Positions 1-9,999 of a stretch of 64,000 nt of DNA are shown here, piece by piece. The first letter of the stretch is position 1. Each line of letters starts with the position of its first letter. The stretch spans positions 534 through 64,533 of the forward strand of contig JBAZKV010000004.1 of assembly GCA_041650635.1 (NCBI GenBank), written 5' to 3'. The position numbers and the translations under genes were made by a program. Under the pieces are notes generated by a model that did not search any database, was not told the DNA's origin, and was given only the letters and a program-made list of their open reading frames with translations. This stretch comes from Candidatus Margulisiibacteriota bacterium (GTDB lineage Bacteria; Margulisbacteria; WOR-1; JAKLHX01; JBAZKV01).

Positions 1-1601
<1,601 letters not shown>

Positions 1602-1610
1602 GTGGTCTTA

Positions 1611-2750
1611 TTACGCGGTCGTATCAGCTGTTCTGATTGGCATAATAATGTACAGATAGTCGGCGCCGTTCATCGGCCTGATTATTCCCGGATTAACGGG
1701 CCCCGAAAATTCCAGGCTTATCTTGTCCGTATCAATAACCTTAAGCACATCCGTGAGAAGTCTGACATTGAAAGCTATCGGGGCCTTTGCCTCGCCTTTT
1801 ATCTGCGCCTCCACCACTTCGTCGGCGCTTCCCACATCAGGTGTGTTCGCAAGTATGTGCAGTTTCCCGTCTTTGGTGTTGATCTTAACAATGTTTGAGC
1901 TTCCGCTTGCAATTACCGCGGTCCTTTCGGCGGCATCCAAAAAGAGCCCTGTGTCCGCCTCTATCTTAACTTCGCTGCTCTTGGGGATAACTTGTTTATA
2001 ATCCGGGAATTGCCCTTGTATCAGCCTTGAGATCATATAAACATCTTTAAATTTAAAGGCTATTTGTTCGTTAGAGATGCTGATCTTAAGGTCTCCGCTT
2101 TCTTTGCCTTGCAGTATCCGGCTGACCTCGACAAGGGCTTTGGCCGGCACTATCACCGAGTTCTTTTCCGGGTTTCCGCCTATTTTTTCTCCCCTTTTGG
2201 CCAATCTGTAACCGTCCGTTGCCACCAGCCTTATGTTGCTGTCATCTTTTTCCTGTGAGCTTTTTCCCGTTTCAAATAAAACACCATTAAGGACATATTT
2301 GTCCTCGCTTTGAGATACAGAGAACACCGTCTGTTTGACCATGTCAACAAAGGTTCTTGTTTCTATGGTTATTGTTTTGGCCTCTTTGATCTTGGGAAGC
2401 ACCGGGAATTCTTCGGAAGGAAGCCCGTTAATGTTCACATTGGACTGTTTATAAGCTATCTTTACCACGCCTTTTTCGCTCGCTTTTATGCTGATGGCCT
2501 CGCTGGGGAGCTTGGAAACTATTCCTCCCAGTGTTTTTGCCGGGATAAGGATGGAGCCCTCCTCTTTAACTTTTGCCGGGATGGTTACTTCGAGGCCCAT
2601 TTCCAGGTTGTTGGCCGACAGACGCAGGCCGTCTTTCATAGCCTCAAATAGCACATTCCCGATTATCGGCAGTGTACTTCTTGTAAGAACTATCCTTTCA
2701 ACGGCTGTAACCCCTGCAGAGAGATCTTCCTTGACACAGTTGATTTCCAT
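1611..2750 (-). CDS. dnaN: DNA polymerase III beta sliding clamp
   Basis: A 379-aa protein with the typical DnaN N-terminus (MEINCVKEDLSAGV...LTRSTLPIIGNVLFEA) and three-domain length. It lies immediately downstream of dnaA. Confidence 0.95.
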   Translation of the reverse strand: MEINCVKEDLSAGVTAVERIVLTRSTLPIIGNVLFEAMKDGLRLSANNLEMGLEVTIPAKVKEEGSILIPAKTLGGIVSKLPSEAISIKASEKGVVKIAYKQSNVNINGLPSEEFPVLPKIKEAKTITIETRTFVDMVKQTVFSVSQSEDKYVLNGVLFETGKSSQEKDDSNIRLVATDGYRLAKRGEKIGGNPEKNSVIVPAKALVEVSRILQGKESGDLKISISNEQIAFKFKDVYMISRLIQGQFPDYKQVIPKSSEVKIEADTGLFLDAAERTAVIASGSSNIVKINTKDGKLHILANTPDVGSADEVVEAQIKGEAKAPIAFNVRLLTDVLKVIDTDKISLEFSGPVNPGIIRPMNGADYLYIIMPIRTADTTA

Positions 2751-2794
2751 TTTTGTCCCCTTCCTTTCTTATTATATCTCTATATTTAAAAAAC

Positions 2795-2830
2795 TAGTAG
2801 TGATAATAGGACTTGTTGATTTGTTGATAA
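2795..2830. promoter_or_regulatory. Candidate second half of oriC in the dnaA-dnaN intergenic region
   Basis: TGTTGATAA at 2822-2830 is the reverse complement of TTATCAACA, one mismatch from the consensus DnaA box TTATCCACA. It is preceded by TAGTAGTGATAATAG (2795-2809), which resembles 5'-TAG/TAA DnaA-trio repeats. An AT-rich stretch at 2776-2800 could be the DNA unwinding element. Confidence 0.4.
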
Positions 2831-2983
2831 TCCCGTTTTTCCTAAAAGCACGGCAAATTAAAATGGCCGGAACAATTGAAACACCTTGGCCCAATCTTGA
2901 TATCCTGTGCATATCTTTTTTTATCCCCGCAATAAAAACCCGACCGGTCACTTTTCAACATGCCGTCAACAGGCAAAACACAC

Positions 2984-4354
2984 CTAATCAACGCCGGCCT
3001 TGATCTTTGATGAGATCGTACTTACCGCCGAAGAGATCTCTTTGTCTTCTTTGATCAATTCTTTGATCTTTTCGCATGCATGGATAACGGTCGTGTGGTC
3101 CCTGCCGCCAAAAGCGCCCCCGATCTTATTAAGAGAAGAGCTGGTCAGCTCTTTTGAAAGGTACATGGCTACCTGCCGCGCAGTTGCGATCTCCTTGGTC
3201 CTGGTTTTTGCCGACATGTCCTCAAGTTTAAGGGAATAATATAGCGCCGTTGCCCTTTTTATGGCATCAATAGTTATCTGCGGTTTTGATCGCGACGGCG
3301 AAAAAATGTTCCTTAAAACTTCTTCGGCTACCGCAGGCGTGAGCTCGCGGCTTTCTATCGCGCTGTGGGCAAGAAGCCTGGTGAGCGCCCCTTCGAGCTC
3401 CCTGATGTTGGTGGTTATTTTGGTGGCTACCAGCGAAAGAACCTCGTCCGGGACCGACACCTCCTCTATCTCGGCCTTTTTCTTGAGTATGGCTATGCGG
3501 GTCTCAAAGTCCGGAGGCTGTACATCGGCTATAAGCCCCCATTCAAAACGGTTTCTCAGCCTTTCTTCTATGTCCGGGATCTCTTTCGGGGGCCTGTCGT
3601 TGCTTATTATGATCTGTTTGGATGATTCGTACAGCGCATTAAAAGTGTGAAAAAATTCCTCGGTGGTCCTTTCTTTCCCCGAAATGAACTGGATATCATC
3701 GACCATGATCAGGTCCGCGCTTCTGTATTTGTTCCTGAAGGAGTCCATTTTGTCGAACCTGATGGAATCGATGACCTCGTTAGTGAACTTTTCCGAAGTG
3801 ACATACACGACCTTGGTCTTTGGGCGGGTCTTTAGTATGTGGTGCCCTATCGCTTGCATAAGATGGGTCTTGCCCAGCCCCACCCCTCCGTAGAGGAAAA
3901 GCGGATTGTACGCCTTGCCCGGCGCTTCGGAAACAGCAAGAGAGGCGGCGTGCGCGAATCTGTTGCCATGTCCCACGACAAAATTGTCAAAGGTATACCT
4001 TGGGTTAAGGAAAGACGCCTCCGGGCGCGAGGAGCTGGCTGCAGCCAGCTTTTTTTCTCTCTCTCTTTCTTCGGGGATGTCCTCTTTTTCCCTGGGAATT
4101 ACTATGAACTTAATAGCCTGTATCTTGGAATTGCCGGAACTTTTGATGGCGGACAGGATAGAGGCATCGCATTTTTTTTCGTACAGCCAGTCCTGGGAAA
4201 AAACATTGGGAACGGCAAGGACCAGCGTCCCGCTCTCTATAGCGACCGGCCTTGTGGAAGTTGAGATCGTCTCAAATATCGGCTTGCTTAGTGTTTTTTC
4301 CAGCGTTCCAAGTATGTCTTTCCAGTACGAGCCGACATCAGGGATTTCTATCAT
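2984..4354 (-). CDS. dnaA: Chromosomal replication initiator DnaA
   Basis: A 456-aa protein. The Walker A motif GGVGLGKTHL is present. The AAA+ sensor region and the C-terminal DNA-binding domain (TTEEFFHTFNALYES...IGGAFGGRDHTTVIHACEKI) are typical of DnaA. Confidence 0.97.
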   Translation of the reverse strand: MIEIPDVGSYWKDILGTLEKTLSKPIFETISTSTRPVAIESGTLVLAVPNVFSQDWLYEKKCDASILSAIKSSGNSKIQAIKFIVIPREKEDIPEEREREKKLAAASSSRPEASFLNPRYTFDNFVVGHGNRFAHAASLAVSEAPGKAYNPLFLYGGVGLGKTHLMQAIGHHILKTRPKTKVVYVTSEKFTNEVIDSIRFDKMDSFRNKYRSADLIMVDDIQFISGKERTTEEFFHTFNALYESSKQIIISNDRPPKEIPDIEERLRNRFEWGLIADVQPPDFETRIAILKKKAEIEEVSVPDEVLSLVATKITTNIRELEGALTRLLAHSAIESRELTPAVAEEVLRNIFSPSRSKPQITIDAIKRATALYYSLKLEDMSAKTRTKEIATARQVAMYLSKELTSSSLNKIGGAFGGRDHTTVIHACEKIKELIKEDKEISSAVSTISSKIKAGVD

Positions 4355-4365
4355 TGTTTAACACC

Positions 4366-4506
4366 TTATCCACAGAAGCGCCTATATTATATAACGCAAA
4401 GGAACTGCCGCAAACACCCCGGACAGCAATGATTTTAGCATATATTGACAACAAAATTTGGACTTATCAACAACATTATCCACAAATCATTTCCAATTGT
4501 GGAAAA
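4366..4506. promoter_or_regulatory. DnaA-box cluster upstream of dnaA, the oriC / dnaA promoter region
   Basis: Two perfect TTATCCACA boxes lie at 4366-4374 and 4476-4484. TTATCAACA at 4464-4472 has one mismatch. TGTGGAAAA at 4498-4506 is the reverse complement of TTTTCCACA. All four sit in the 245-bp gap between dnaA and rpmH. Confidence 0.7.
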
Positions 4507-4598
4507 CAAATCATTTCATAAATTATGATAGCACGACGAAGAGCTCAAAGCAACGGCTATAAATTGACAGGAAGAACTTAAAACGGTATAATTTAATC

Positions 4599-4739
4599 AT
4601 GACCAAGAGAACATATAAGCCGAGCAAAAGGCACAGAAAGAATGTCCACGGCTTCAGAAAAAGGAACTCGAGCCACTTCGGGAAAAGGGTTCTTAAATCC
4701 CGAAGGAGGAAAGGCCGCCACAGGATCGCGGTCAAATAA
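4599..4739 (+). CDS. rpmH: 50S ribosomal protein L34
   Basis: Read directly from the sequence: [46 protein letters not shown], 46 aa. It is below the 60-aa cutoff of the ORF track. Confidence 0.95.
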   Translation: MTKRTYKPSKRHRKNVHGFRKRNSSHFGKRVLKSRRRKGRHRIAVK

Positions 4740-5061
4740 ACCGACCACCCTTAAGACAGAGGCGGATTTTGCCGCAGTGCTGAGAAAAGGCTCCCGTATA
4801 ACCGGAAAGATCGCTTCTGCGCGGGTCCTGTTCAAAAGGGACGGCTTTCCCAGGCTGGGAGTGGCGCCTAAAAAGACTCTTTGCTGCGCCGTTAAAAGGA
4901 ACAGGATAAGAAGACTGTTCAAAGAGGCCTTTAGAGAAGAATATCTCAATATTAATAAGCCTGCCGATGCGGTGATCTTTCCAACCGATAAGGCCATAGC
5001 CGCGAATTACGGGCAGGCAGTAGAATTCATAAGACAGATATTTCTTAAGACCTATACTTGA
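4642..5061 (+). CDS. rnpA: RNase P protein component. The start codon is uncertain.
   Basis: The C-terminal 95 aa ([41 protein letters not shown]...[10 protein letters not shown]) match RnpA. The only in-frame ATG, at 4642, overlaps rpmH by 98 nt in another frame. The alternative start is GTG at 4777. The stop overlaps the yidD start within ATGA. Confidence 0.75.
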   Translation: MSTASEKGTRATSGKGFLNPEGGKAATGSRSNKPTTLKTEADFAAVLRKGSRITGKIASARVLFKRDGFPRLGVAPKKTLCCAVKRNRIRRLFKEAFREEYLNINKPADAVIFPTDKAIAANYGQAVEFIRQIFLKTYT

Positions 5062-5267
5062 AAAGAATAATTATTATATTGATCAGGCTTTATCAAAAGG
5101 CGGTCTCTCCCCTATCCCCGCCCGCATGCAGGTTCTATCCCACATGCTCGGACTATTGTATCTGCGCAATAACAAAATATGGCCTAATTAGGGGAATAAT
5201 TATGGGCACTGGCCGTTTGCTGAGGTGCAATCAATTCTTTAAAGGAGGCTTTGACCCGGTAAAATAG
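5058..5267 (+). CDS. yidD: Membrane protein insertion efficiency factor YidD
   Basis: A 69-aa protein with the CRFYPTCSDY...RLLRCNQF...GGFDPV motif of the DUF37/YidD family. Confidence 0.85.
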   Translation: MKRIIIILIRLYQKAVSPLSPPACRFYPTCSDYCICAITKYGLIRGIIMGTGRLLRCNQFFKGGFDPVK

Positions 5268-5268
5268 C

Positions 5269-5910
5269 ATGCAAATATTTATTGATATTACGCTAAAAAC
5301 TCTGGGATTCTTTTATGCCATTGGGTTCCACAATTATGGTGTTGCGATCATACTTTTGACGATAGCCATCAAAGTCGCGCTCTACCCTCTTACGCTTCAA
5401 TCAACAAAGCAGATGGCTGCGATGCAAAAGCTTCAACCAAAATTTGAAGAGCTCAAGAAGAAGCATAAGGACAGCCCGGATAAATTCCAAAAAGAAACGA
5501 TGGAGCTCTATAAAAAGCACGGCGTCAATCCCCTAGGAGGCTGCCTGCCACTTCTGCTTCAAATGCCGGTGTTCATAGCTTTATTTATGGCTTTAACAAG
5601 CCAAAATTTTAAGGATATGCTTGCTGTTTCCCAGGGGGCTGCCTCTTTCTTGTGGTTGAGCGATATTTCTGTTAAAGACCCAACATTTATTTTCCCGGTC
5701 TTGATAGGCCTTACTACATATTGGTCGCAAAAGACAATGCCGCAGAGTGCCGGACAGGACCAGATGAAGCATGTCATGCTAATAATGCCTTTCTTTATAG
5801 CCTTTATCAGCATAGAATTTGCGGCAGGGGTGCAGCTATATTGGATCGTTCAGAATATCCTGACCGTTGCCCAGCAGATGTACATAACCTCGAAGCACGG
5901 TAAGGTATAA
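5269..5910 (+). CDS. yidC: Membrane protein insertase YidC/Oxa1, short form
   Basis: A 213-aa multi-TM protein with the 60-kDa-inner-membrane-protein core (GCLPLLLQMPVFIALF...QLYWIVQNILTVAQQ). It follows rnpA and yidD. Confidence 0.88.
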   Translation: MQIFIDITLKTLGFFYAIGFHNYGVAIILLTIAIKVALYPLTLQSTKQMAAMQKLQPKFEELKKKHKDSPDKFQKETMELYKKHGVNPLGGCLPLLLQMPVFIALFMALTSQNFKDMLAVSQGAASFLWLSDISVKDPTFIFPVLIGLTTYWSQKTMPQSAGQDQMKHVMLIMPFFIAFISIEFAAGVQLYWIVQNILTVAQQMYITSKHGKV

Positions 5911-5933
5911 ATATAACCGAAAAGGAGACGAAG

Positions 5934-6566
5934 ATGGCAGGGAAAGTACGGATGAAGGGACGCACCACGGAGGAGGCCGTTAAAGCCGCGCTGGAGGTGT
6001 TGAAAGCATCAAGGGATGATGTCGAAATCAGGATAATATCCGAAGGAGAAGCCGGCGTTTTAGGCGTATTTGGCGGGAAAGAGGCCGAGGTGGAGGTTTT
6101 TCAGCGCCTGACCCCGGAAGAAGAGGCAAAAGGAGTGCTCCAGGATATTTTGGACAAAGCAGGCTTTATCGCAAATGTTTATGTTGAAGACACAAAGAAT
6201 GCCGAGGATACCATATGTCTTGAGATAAAAGGGGACGAGATCCCAAGAATGATTGGGAAAGAAGGGCAAACCTTGGACGCGCTACAGTATATTACATCAA
6301 TTATTGCCAACAAGGGCAAGGAACAAAGGAAAAGAGTTTTAGTGGAGGCCGGAGGCTATAGAAAGAAGCAGGAAAGCCGTACCGAAAAGATCGCCAAGGA
6401 GTCCATCGAGGAGGCCCTGATATCAGGAAAAGAAGTCATCCTGCCAGCCATGACCGCCAGAGAAAGAAGGATAATCCATCTTGCGGTCAAACAGAACAGC
6501 AAACTAACTTCATATAGTACCGGAGAAAAGGGCGAAAGAAGGGTGGTCATAGCCCCAAATAAGTAG
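5934..6566 (+). CDS. jag: Jag/KhpB-type RNA-binding protein with Jag_N, KH and R3H domains
   Basis: A 210-aa protein in the conserved rnpA-yidC-jag-mnmE gene order. The C-terminal R3H-like stretch reads ILPAMTARERRIIHLAV. Confidence 0.8.
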   Translation: MAGKVRMKGRTTEEAVKAALEVLKASRDDVEIRIISEGEAGVLGVFGGKEAEVEVFQRLTPEEEAKGVLQDILDKAGFIANVYVEDTKNAEDTICLEIKGDEIPRMIGKEGQTLDALQYITSIIANKGKEQRKRVLVEAGGYRKKQESRTEKIAKESIEEALISGKEVILPAMTARERRIIHLAVKQNSKLTSYSTGEKGERRVVIAPNK

Positions 6567-6570
6567 AGAA

Positions 6571-7938
6571 ATGCCCATTTCTGATGACGACACTATCGCC
6601 TCCATTTCATCGGCTCCTTCAAGTGCCGCGATCGGGATAATAAGGATAAGCGGCCCAAGATCATTGTCATTGCTCAAGAGCCTTTGTTCCGCAAAGAAGG
6701 GAAGCTTTATCCCAAATATGATCAAATTTGCACAGGCATCTCACCCAAAGCGCAGCCACCTTATTGATGAAGTAATGGCGGTATACCTAAAAGCGCCGGC
6801 ATCGTTTACGGGGGAAGATATGGCAGAGATATATTGCCACGGCGGCATCGCTGTAATGACCGCTATAATGGACTGTCTGATAGGTTTGGGCGCCAGACAA
6901 GCGGAGAGGGGAGAGTTTTCTAAAAGAGCGTTCTTGAACGGGAAAATTGACCTGATCAAGGCGGAAGCGATAGCGGCAATAATTGGCTCTAGAACACAGG
7001 AGGGAGCGAATGCTGCCGCAAGCCAGTTAGGCGGCATCCTTTCAAAGAAAATCGGCGAGATAACCGGCCGATTAACGGCTATTCTTGCGCTTATCGAGGC
7101 CCATCTTGACTTTCCAGAAGAAATGGGAAAACCCAACATAAGGTCAATAAGAAAAATGATGTCACAGCAAATTAAGGCTCTTGACGAGCTCTTGAATACG
7201 GCCGACCAGGGAAGAATATTAACAGCTGGAGTTGACTGTGTGATAGCCGGAGCGCCGAACGCGGGCAAATCCAGTCTATTGAACGCGCTGCTCAAATTTG
7301 AGAGAGCTATAGTAACAGGCATTCCCGGAACAACGACCGATACCATTGAAGAGGCGATCAATATAAAAGGAATAGCCATTAAATTGATAGACACGGCCGG
7401 GATCAGAAAGGGCAGGGGAGAGGTTGAGGCAAAGGGTATTGTCCGAACAAGGGAGGCCATTGAAAGAGCGGATATTGTTATAGTTGTTGTTGACGGAGCA
7501 AAAGCTCTATCAAAACATGATAAAGATATTCTGCAACAGGCAAAAGAAGCCCGGGGAGCGGCTATTGTAGCCCTTAACAAGAGCGACATCGGCAGGAAGA
7601 TAAACAAGAGAGAACTGAAAGGTTTCGAGACAGTCCATATTTCGGCTCTCACAGGAAAAGGTCTCAAGGCTCTTGAGAAAACACTTCTCAATGTGATAAC
7701 ATCAAAGCGCATCGACCCCAAGGACGCGCTGCTTATAAGCACCAGACAGAAAGGTTCTGCAATGGAGGCAAGAGACGCTTTAAAAAGAGGCTTTTCGGCC
7801 ATTAGCAATGATTTTTGCCCGGAGCTGGCCGGTATCGATGTCAAGGAGGCCATCTCCAGCCTAAGGAACATGACAGGCGAGGGGGTAAGCAGCCAGATAG
7901 CAGAAGAGATCTTTAGCAGGTTTTGTATAGGGAAATAA
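6571..7938 (+). CDS. mnmE: tRNA modification GTPase MnmE (TrmE)
   Basis: A 455-aa protein with G1 (GAPNAGKSSLLNAL) and G3 (DTAG) motifs and the C-terminal CIGK motif that marks MnmE. Confidence 0.95.
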   Translation: MPISDDDTIASISSAPSSAAIGIIRISGPRSLSLLKSLCSAKKGSFIPNMIKFAQASHPKRSHLIDEVMAVYLKAPASFTGEDMAEIYCHGGIAVMTAIMDCLIGLGARQAERGEFSKRAFLNGKIDLIKAEAIAAIIGSRTQEGANAAASQLGGILSKKIGEITGRLTAILALIEAHLDFPEEMGKPNIRSIRKMMSQQIKALDELLNTADQGRILTAGVDCVIAGAPNAGKSSLLNALLKFERAIVTGIPGTTTDTIEEAINIKGIAIKLIDTAGIRKGRGEVEAKGIVRTREAIERADIVIVVVDGAKALSKHDKDILQQAKEARGAAIVALNKSDIGRKINKRELKGFETVHISALTGKGLKALEKTLLNVITSKRIDPKDALLISTRQKGSAMEARDALKRGFSAISNDFCPELAGIDVKEAISSLRNMTGEGVSSQIAEEIFSRFCIGK

Positions 7939-7941
7939 AAA

Positions 7942-7957
7942 TGTTTCACGTGAAACA
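7942..7957. promoter_or_regulatory. parS: parS centromere-like site 1, a perfect match to consensus TGTTTCACGTGAAACA
   Basis: A 16-bp perfect palindrome TGTTTCACGTGAAACA starts immediately after the mnmE stop. It is extended to the 24-bp palindrome AAAATGTTTCACGTGAAACATTTT. Confidence 0.85.
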
Positions 7958-7974
7958 TTTTTAGATAGTCGGAA

Positions 7975-7990
7975 TGTTTCACGTGAAACA
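7975..7990. promoter_or_regulatory. parS: parS centromere-like site 2, a perfect match
   Basis: A second identical copy of TGTTTCACGTGAAACA lies 33 bp (centre to centre) downstream of the first. Confidence 0.85.
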
Positions 7991-8017
7991 TTCTATAACA
8001 AGCCAAGGAGAACATTA

Positions 8018-8851
8018 ATGGTAAGCATAATAAACGGCAAGGAGTTAGCGGGAGATATTAGGGGAGGCCTCCGCAATAAATTGGCTAAAATAGGCAAAAA
8101 ACCATCACTGGCGGTAGTCCTGGTAGGGGATGACCCCGCGTCAAAAGTTTATGTTGGGTCCAAGGAGCGATCGGCGGCTGAGGTGGGGATCCGGTCTGTT
8201 GTTAAAAAGCTGCCAGGCGGCACGACAGAGCAGGAGCTAGCCGCTCTCGTAAAAGAATTGAACGAAGATAGAGGAATAAACGGGATATTGGTCCAGCTCC
8301 CATTGCCGCGACATATTGATGCAGATAGAATTTTGGCTCAAATATCACCAAAAAAAGATGTTGATGGGCTGCATCCTTTGAACATGGGAAAACTACTTTT
8401 GGGTCAGGAGCCCTATTTCTATCCCTGTACTCCTTCGGGCATCATGGAAATGATCCATTCCTCAAAGATCGATCTTAAAGGTAAGAACGCGGCGGTTATT
8501 GGCCGCAGCAATATTGTTGGCAAGCCCATAGCCCAGATGCTGATGAAGGAGCATGCTACTGTTACGATATGTCATTCAAGGACAAGGGACATTAAGTCCT
8601 TTACAAAAACAGCCGACATTGTTGTTGTTGCCATAGGAAAGCCCAAATTCCTGACAGCGGATATGGTAAAGGAAGGCGCTGCTGTTTTTGATGTGGGCAT
8701 GAACAGGCTTGAATCAGGGCTGGTAGGGGATGTTGACTTTGAAGGCGTAAAGGATAAATGCTCCTTTATTACTCCCGTGCCGGGAGGTATTGGCCTGATG
8801 ACCGTGGCAATGCTTATGAAGAACTGTATTAGAAGCATGGAAATACAGTAG
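8018..8851 (+). CDS. folD: Bifunctional methylenetetrahydrofolate dehydrogenase/cyclohydrolase
   Basis: A 277-aa protein with the hallmarks VGDDPASKVYVGSK...GILVQLPLP...YPCTPSG...GKNAAVIGRSNIVGKP. Confidence 0.95.
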   Translation: MVSIINGKELAGDIRGGLRNKLAKIGKKPSLAVVLVGDDPASKVYVGSKERSAAEVGIRSVVKKLPGGTTEQELAALVKELNEDRGINGILVQLPLPRHIDADRILAQISPKKDVDGLHPLNMGKLLLGQEPYFYPCTPSGIMEMIHSSKIDLKGKNAAVIGRSNIVGKPIAQMLMKEHATVTICHSRTRDIKSFTKTADIVVVAIGKPKFLTADMVKEGAAVFDVGMNRLESGLVGDVDFEGVKDKCSFITPVPGGIGLMTVAMLMKNCIRSMEIQ

Positions 8852-8916
8852 AAATTCATGGAAATACGATAGAAATTCTCAGAACAGATATATTTGTGCA
8901 AATAAGCGCAAAAATT

Positions 8917-8940
8917 ATACGGTATTTTAACCGTATTTCT
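8917..8940. terminator. Candidate bidirectional hairpin terminator between convergent folD and rseP
   Basis: ATACGGT (8917-8923) pairs with ACCGTAT (8930-8936) around a 6-nt loop, followed by TTTCT. The stem is short and AT-rich, so confidence is modest. Confidence 0.35.
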
Positions 8941-8955
8941 GCTGCGGACAGAGGA

Positions 8956-9999
8956 TTAATGCTTAAGTATCCTGAAAAGATCGTTCACAGATACTACAGC
9001 GGCCAGGGCTAGAAGAGCGATCAAGCCCCACTGATGGATCTTGTTCTCCTGCTCAATTGGAATAGGCCTCCCCCTGACAGCTTCGATAAGTATAAAGACC
9101 AGCCTGCCCCCGTCAAGCGCCGGCAGCGGCAGCAGATTAAAAATGCCCAGATTGACGCTGATAAGCCCTATGAAGAACATTAATGAATAGACCCCCTGCG
9201 AGGCCGCCTGCCCGCTGAACTGAGCGATCCCGAGCGGACCGGCCAGCCCGGCAACGGACATTTTTCCGGTTATCAACTGCCCCAGTATGAACAGGATCCC
9301 GGCAGAGATCTCGTAAGTTTTTTTGGCCCCTGCCCAGAAAGAAGACACAAATCCGGTCTTATTCCTTTCTACTTCCAGCGCGAACCCGAGCAGGCCAACC
9401 TTATATCTCTCGTCATATTCGGGGGTAGCCGCAAGCATCACAGGATCGCCGTTCCTCAAGACCTCGATCCCGATATTTTTACCCGCGCTTTTATGTATAA
9501 CATTCACCATCGCAAGAGGGTTGCTGTCCCTGAGCCCGTCCGCGGACAACAGTATATCCCCGGGCCTTATCCCGGCTGCTGCGGCAGGGGAGCCGGCTGA
9601 TACGGAGGCTATTCTTGGGGATGTTTCGGGAAGGCCGTATACATTGGAAAGAAAAGCAAAAATGAGCACTCCAAGCACGAGATTAGCTATGGGGCCCGCG
9701 CAGATAGATTTGAATTTTTCCAGCGGAGGCTTCGATGAATATCTTTCTTCGGGAGGGCAATCTTTTTCTTCGGGGCTTTCTTCGTCTATACCGGCAAGCC
9801 GCACAAAAGCAAGTACCGGGACAAGATTCACGGAATAGACGGTATCTTTTCTTTTGAAGGAGAACAGGCGCGGCCCAAATCCTATCCCGAGCTCAAGCAC
9901 TCTTATGCCTGCCCGTTTTGCCCACAAGAAATGTCCTGCCTCGTGCGCCAGCGCAACAATAATGAAAACGAAACAGAAGGCCAGGACGGATATTATCAT
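8956..9999 (-). CDS. rseP: RseP/YluC-type site-2 zinc metalloprotease (M50 family with PDZ domain)
   Basis: HEAGHFLWAKRAGIRV is the HExxH motif in the first TM helix. A central PDZ-like region (GSPAAAAGIRPGDILLSADG) and a C-terminal LDGG motif are present. Confidence 0.85.
   Translation of the reverse strand: MIISVLAFCFVFIIVALAHEAGHFLWAKRAGIRVLELGIGFGPRLFSFKRKDTVYSVNLVPVLAFVRLAGIDEESPEEKDCPPEERYSSKPPLEKFKSICAGPIANLVLGVLIFAFLSNVYGLPETSPRIASVSAGSPAAAAGIRPGDILLSADGLRDSNPLAMVNVIHKSAGKNIGIEVLRNGDPVMLAATPEYDERYKVGLLGFALEVERNKTGFVSSFWAGAKKTYEISAGILFILGQLITGKMSVAGLAGPLGIAQFSGQAASQGVYSLMFFIGLISVNLGIFNLLPLPALDGGRLVFILIEAVRGRPIPIEQENKIHQWGLIALLALAAVVSVNDLFRILKH

Noticed and set aside
7938-7992. A tandem 20-24 bp palindrome, initially read as a transcription-factor operator or an AT-rich terminator for mnmE
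   Set aside because: The core is an exact match to the ParB-binding parS consensus TGTTTCACGTGAAACA. Its position next to the origin fits parS better than a generic operator. The stem is too AT-rich and loopless for a good terminator.
6741-8015. A 424-aa minus-strand ORF
   Set aside because: It is entirely antisense to the well-supported mnmE gene and runs through the parS sites. Its composition is low-complexity (S/A/L/P-rich) and shows no homology pattern, so I treat it as spurious.
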